The translations under genes and the position numbers were made by a program. Source: an uncultured Polyangiaceae bacterium (GTDB taxonomy: Bacteria > Myxococcota_A > Polyangia > Polyangiales > Polyangiaceae). From it: a stretch of DNA of 64,000 nucleotides. Of the stretch, positions 61,304 to 64,000 are shown in pieces (the stretch's first letter is position 1; every line of letters begins with the position of its first letter). The stretch covers positions 214 to 64,213 of the forward strand of contig CAYQAC010000009.1 in assembly GCA_964415255.1 (NCBI GenBank). The letters are read 5' to 3'. Below the pieces are notes generated by a model. The model was not told where the DNA came from and ran no database searches. It saw only the letters and a program-made list of their open reading frames with translations.

Positions 61304-64000
61304 ATGCCGCTCGCGTCCCTGACACGCCTTGGTGACGTCTGGCAGCGCCGGACGCGCCGCCCCACGCGCTGGTTGGCCGCCGCCATCCTCGCCAGCGTGG
61401 GCTTTGGCGCGGCGCATTTGGCGCGGGTGGGCACGGTCAGCTATCGCTTGGCGGCGGCGGGCTTGCTGGTGCTCGCGCTGGCCGCTTGGGTGCTCTGGCT
61501 GCGCTATGAGTGGCGCACGCGCCTCAGCCCACGGCTCCTCATCCGTCGCGTGGTGGCGGCTCACGACGTGGAGCTCGCGCGGCGCTCTGAGCGCGCCTTG
61601 GGGCTCGTGGAGCAGAGCGAGAGGACGAGTTTTGCGGGTTCGCCCACGCTGGCGCGGCTGCACCTTGAGCGGCTGACTCAGCGCGCTTCGCCAGCGCGGG
61701 TGGAGGTGGCCGCGACGCGCCGCGCGCGCTCCTTGTCAGTCGGCGCGGCCCTCGTCGGCTTGGGCGCCTTGGCGGTGCTCACGCTCGGGCCGATGAAGCT
61801 GGTGGAGGGTTGGAACGTGCTCTTGGCGCGGGGAGGCCGCGCGCCGCTGCCCATCCCGTGGCTTGAGCGGGTGGAGGTGCGCGCGCAGCCCCCGAGCTAC
61901 CTCGGCCTGACGGAGCGCTGGCTGTTCGAGGGCGCCACCTCAGAGCAGCCGGTGGGCACGCTGATGACGGTCACCGGGGCGCCGCGCGTCGCGGGCCGGC
62001 AGCTGGTGCTCACGGACGGCGTCCGTGAGGTGCCCTTCGTGGACGACGGCGCGGGCGGCGTGGTGGCGCGCTTCACCTTGGAGCAGTCAGCCACCTTGCA
62101 GGTGGCGGCGCGCTTCGGTGAGGTGTTGATCGTCGCGCCGGAGCCGCTCACCTTGAGCGCGCGGCCTGATGAGGCGCCGAGCGTGGCGCTTAATTTCCGT
62201 GGGGAAAATGGCGAGCTCAGCCCGGCGCCGGCGACCCTGAAGCTGGAGGATTTAAGCCGGCTTGAGCTCACCTACGAGGCGCGCGACGACAACGGCCTGC
62301 GTCAGATCGATCTGGTCATCTCGGGCAGCGGGCGCAGCGAGCGCCGGGTGCTCGGTCGCTTCGACGGCGAGACGCGGACCGAGCGCGGCGGCCACGCGCT
62401 GCCGTCGAGCGACGCCCTGCTTCGGCGCATGTTCCTCCCAGTGGAGCTGACGGTGGAGGCGCGCGATGGAGATCCTGTCAGCGGGCCGAAGTGGGGACGG
62501 AGCGCGGCCATCACCTTGATCCCACCGGTGGTGGGGCGCCCGGAGGCGCGCCGCTACGAGGCGCTCAGCTCGGTGCGCGACAAAATCGCTGATCTGGTGG
62601 CGTGGCGCACCGAGACCGAGCGGCTCCCGTTGGCGGAGCGCGCCGCGCGCGCGAAGCAGGACCAGGAGCTTATTCGTCAGGTGCGCGAACGAAGCACCGA
62701 GGTCTTGGAGGCGAGCTACGGTGGGCTGACGATCCCTGAGGTGCTCAAGTCCTTCATGTTGGGGCAGCTCCGGGTGCTCGAGCGGCGTAAGGCGACCGGG
62801 GCCTCAGAGCTGTATCGTACGGAGGACGTACTGCTCGCGTTGGACGTCGCGCTGCGGCGCTTCGCCACCACCGAGGCGCGTGGCGTAGCGCCGCGGTTGG
62901 GGGCGGTCGCTGAGGAGCTGGCTGAGGCCGCGAAGGCGGGCCGTGAAGGGGAGGGCGCACCGGAGGTGCGGCTCAAGGCGGCGCTCGACGCGCTCACCGC
63001 TGGCGCGCTCGAGCTGAGGAAGCTCGGGTCGCTCGGCGCGGATCTCGGCAGCGTGGCGGAGGCTGACTTGGGTCGTATCCGACGGGCTCATGAGGAGCAG
63101 AGCTATTCACGGGTGGAGGTCGCGGCGCGGCACCTCGCCGCGCGATTGCGGAGGCCGAACCCGTCGTTCGGCGCCGCCTCGCAGGCAAGCTCAACGACCG
63201 GCGACGGCGCAGCGGGGGGGGAGCCCTCTCAGGCGGACGCGCAGTTCAACCAACTCTTACAGGAGCTGGACTCCCTCGCGCGCGATCACGCGGAGGCGCT
63301 AGGAGAGGTGCAGCGCATGCTCTCGGACGCGGAGCAGGGGCTCGACCTCAGCAAGCTGGAAGCGGAGGCGAAGCAGCGCGCTGAGGCCTTGCGCCGCGGC
63401 GTGAGCGATCTGCCGCTCGCCGGCAACCCGGGCAGCGCCCGCGCGACGGCGGCGCTCGCGCGGGAGCACGCCGAGTCCATGGCGCAGTCGCTCTCGAAGC
63501 TCGCGTTGTCGGACGCCGTGGAGTCGGGCAAGCGCGCTCAGGCGGCGATCAAGGAGGCGCTGCGCAAGCAGGACGCCTCCCAGGAAGATCGCGCTGACTT
63601 GCAGCGCGCGGAGGCCGCGCTGGCGCGTGAGCTCGCCTGGGCTGAGCGGGAGCTCGCGACCGTGAAGGAGGGCGCCGAGCGCCGCGCGGGGGAGGCGCTG
63701 CGCCGCGCTGGCGTGAAGGAGCAGGAGCTGGCGCGCCGCACCGAGAACCTGGCAGGGCGCGGCAAGACAGGGGAGATCGCCCTGCCAGAGGACGCCACCG
63801 GCGCGCTGGAGCGCGCTGAGGAGGCGATGCGCTCAGCGTCGCGCTCGCTCATCCAGGGGGAGGGGGAGGCTGCGGTGAAGCACCAGCGCGAGGCGCAGCG
63901 GCACCTGGAGGACGTGACCCGGGGGCAGCGCGGCGGGGGCGAGGAGCGCGGCGACGGCGCTGAGGGCGACGCTCAAGGGCAGCAGGGCGGCGACGGCAAG
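61304..64000 (+). CDS. DUF4175-like large membrane/coiled-coil protein, 3'-partial (runs off the window)
   Basis: Not in the supplied ORF track because no stop is reached. I translated it manually: ATG 61304 gives MPLASLTRLGDVWQRR, 2-3 TM segments, ..LTYEARDDNGLRQIDLVISG.., then a long Ala/Glu/Arg coiled-coil region, open to 64000. The minus-strand ORFs across this span are shadows. Confidence 0.7.
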   Translation, partial: MPLASLTRLGDVWQRRTRRPTRWLAAAILASVGFGAAHLARVGTVSYRLAAAGLLVLALAAWVLWLRYEWRTRLSPRLLIRRVVAAHDVELARRSERALGLVEQSERTSFAGSPTLARLHLERLTQRASPARVEVAATRRARSLSVGAALVGLGALAVLTLGPMKLVEGWNVLLARGGRAPLPIPWLERVEVRAQPPSYLGLTERWLFEGATSEQPVGTLMTVTGAPRVAGRQLVLTDGVREVPFVDDGAGGVVARFTLEQSATLQVAARFGEVLIVAPEPLTLSARPDEAPSVALNFRGENGELSPAPATLKLEDLSRLELTYEARDDNGLRQIDLVISGSGRSERRVLGRFDGETRTERGGHALPSSDALLRRMFLPVELTVEARDGDPVSGPKWGRSAAITLIPPVVGRPEARRYEALSSVRDKIADLVAWRTETERLPLAERAARAKQDQELIRQVRERSTEVLEASYGGLTIPEVLKSFMLGQLRVLERRKATGASELYRTEDVLLALDVALRRFATTEARGVAPRLGAVAEELAEAAKAGREGEGAPEVRLKAALDALTAGALELRKLGSLGADLGSVAEADLGRIRRAHEEQSYSRVEVAARHLAARLRRPNPSFGAASQASSTTGDGAAGGEPSQADAQFNQLLQELDSLARDHAEALGEVQRMLSDAEQGLDLSKLEAEAKQRAEALRRGVSDLPLAGNPGSARATAALAREHAESMAQSLSKLALSDAVESGKRAQAAIKEALRKQDASQEDRADLQRAEAALARELAWAERELATVKEGAERRAGEALRRAGVKEQELARRTENLAGRGKTGEIALPEDATGALERAEEAMRSASRSLIQGEGEAAVKHQREAQRHLEDVTRGQRGGGEERGDGAEGDAQGQQGGDGK

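Noticed and set aside
61329-61676. 115-aa plus-strand ORF listed in the track
   Set aside because: It is out of frame with the much longer open frame starting at ATG 61304. That frame shows TM segments and continues without a stop to the window end.

Overview
High-GC (roughly 70% by eye) chromosomal window with a Myxococcota-like gene set: Ser/Thr kinase, HEAT/TPR proteins, Cys-rich lipoproteins and an IF3 with a long acidic tail. About 48 protein genes and 2 tRNAs are supportable. Most are housekeeping: pdxA, tRNA-Val-thrS-infC, yajC-secD-secF-recJ, an MlaF/MlaD pair, S41 protease, pdxJ-acpS-nnr, ECF sigma, birA, nadC. No transposase, integrase, CRISPR array or recognised defence operon is visible. 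Three things are unusual. (1) The intergenic DNA is saturated with at least three families of REP-like palindromic or dispersed repeats. One copy is inserted in frame inside birA, and many tandem duplications overlap gene 3' ends. (2) A co-directional, partly translationally coupled operon of at least 7 genes runs from 53997 off the 3' edge: RDD, SpoIIM/DUF95, membrane protein, DUF4129+DUF4350 fusion, MoxR AAA+, DUF58, DUF4175-like. To my knowledge its function is uncharacterised, and it is my best candidate for an undescribed system. (3) Smaller oddities include an orphan gamma-class N6-adenine methyltransferase, a lower-GC islet carrying a nucleotidyltransferase and a DUF1566 remnant, a G-quadruplex-prone repeat, a split mla locus and leaderless-type promoters. 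Many long ORFs in the six-frame track are antisense shadows typical of high-GC DNA and are not called. All family assignments come from motif recognition by eye, not from searches.
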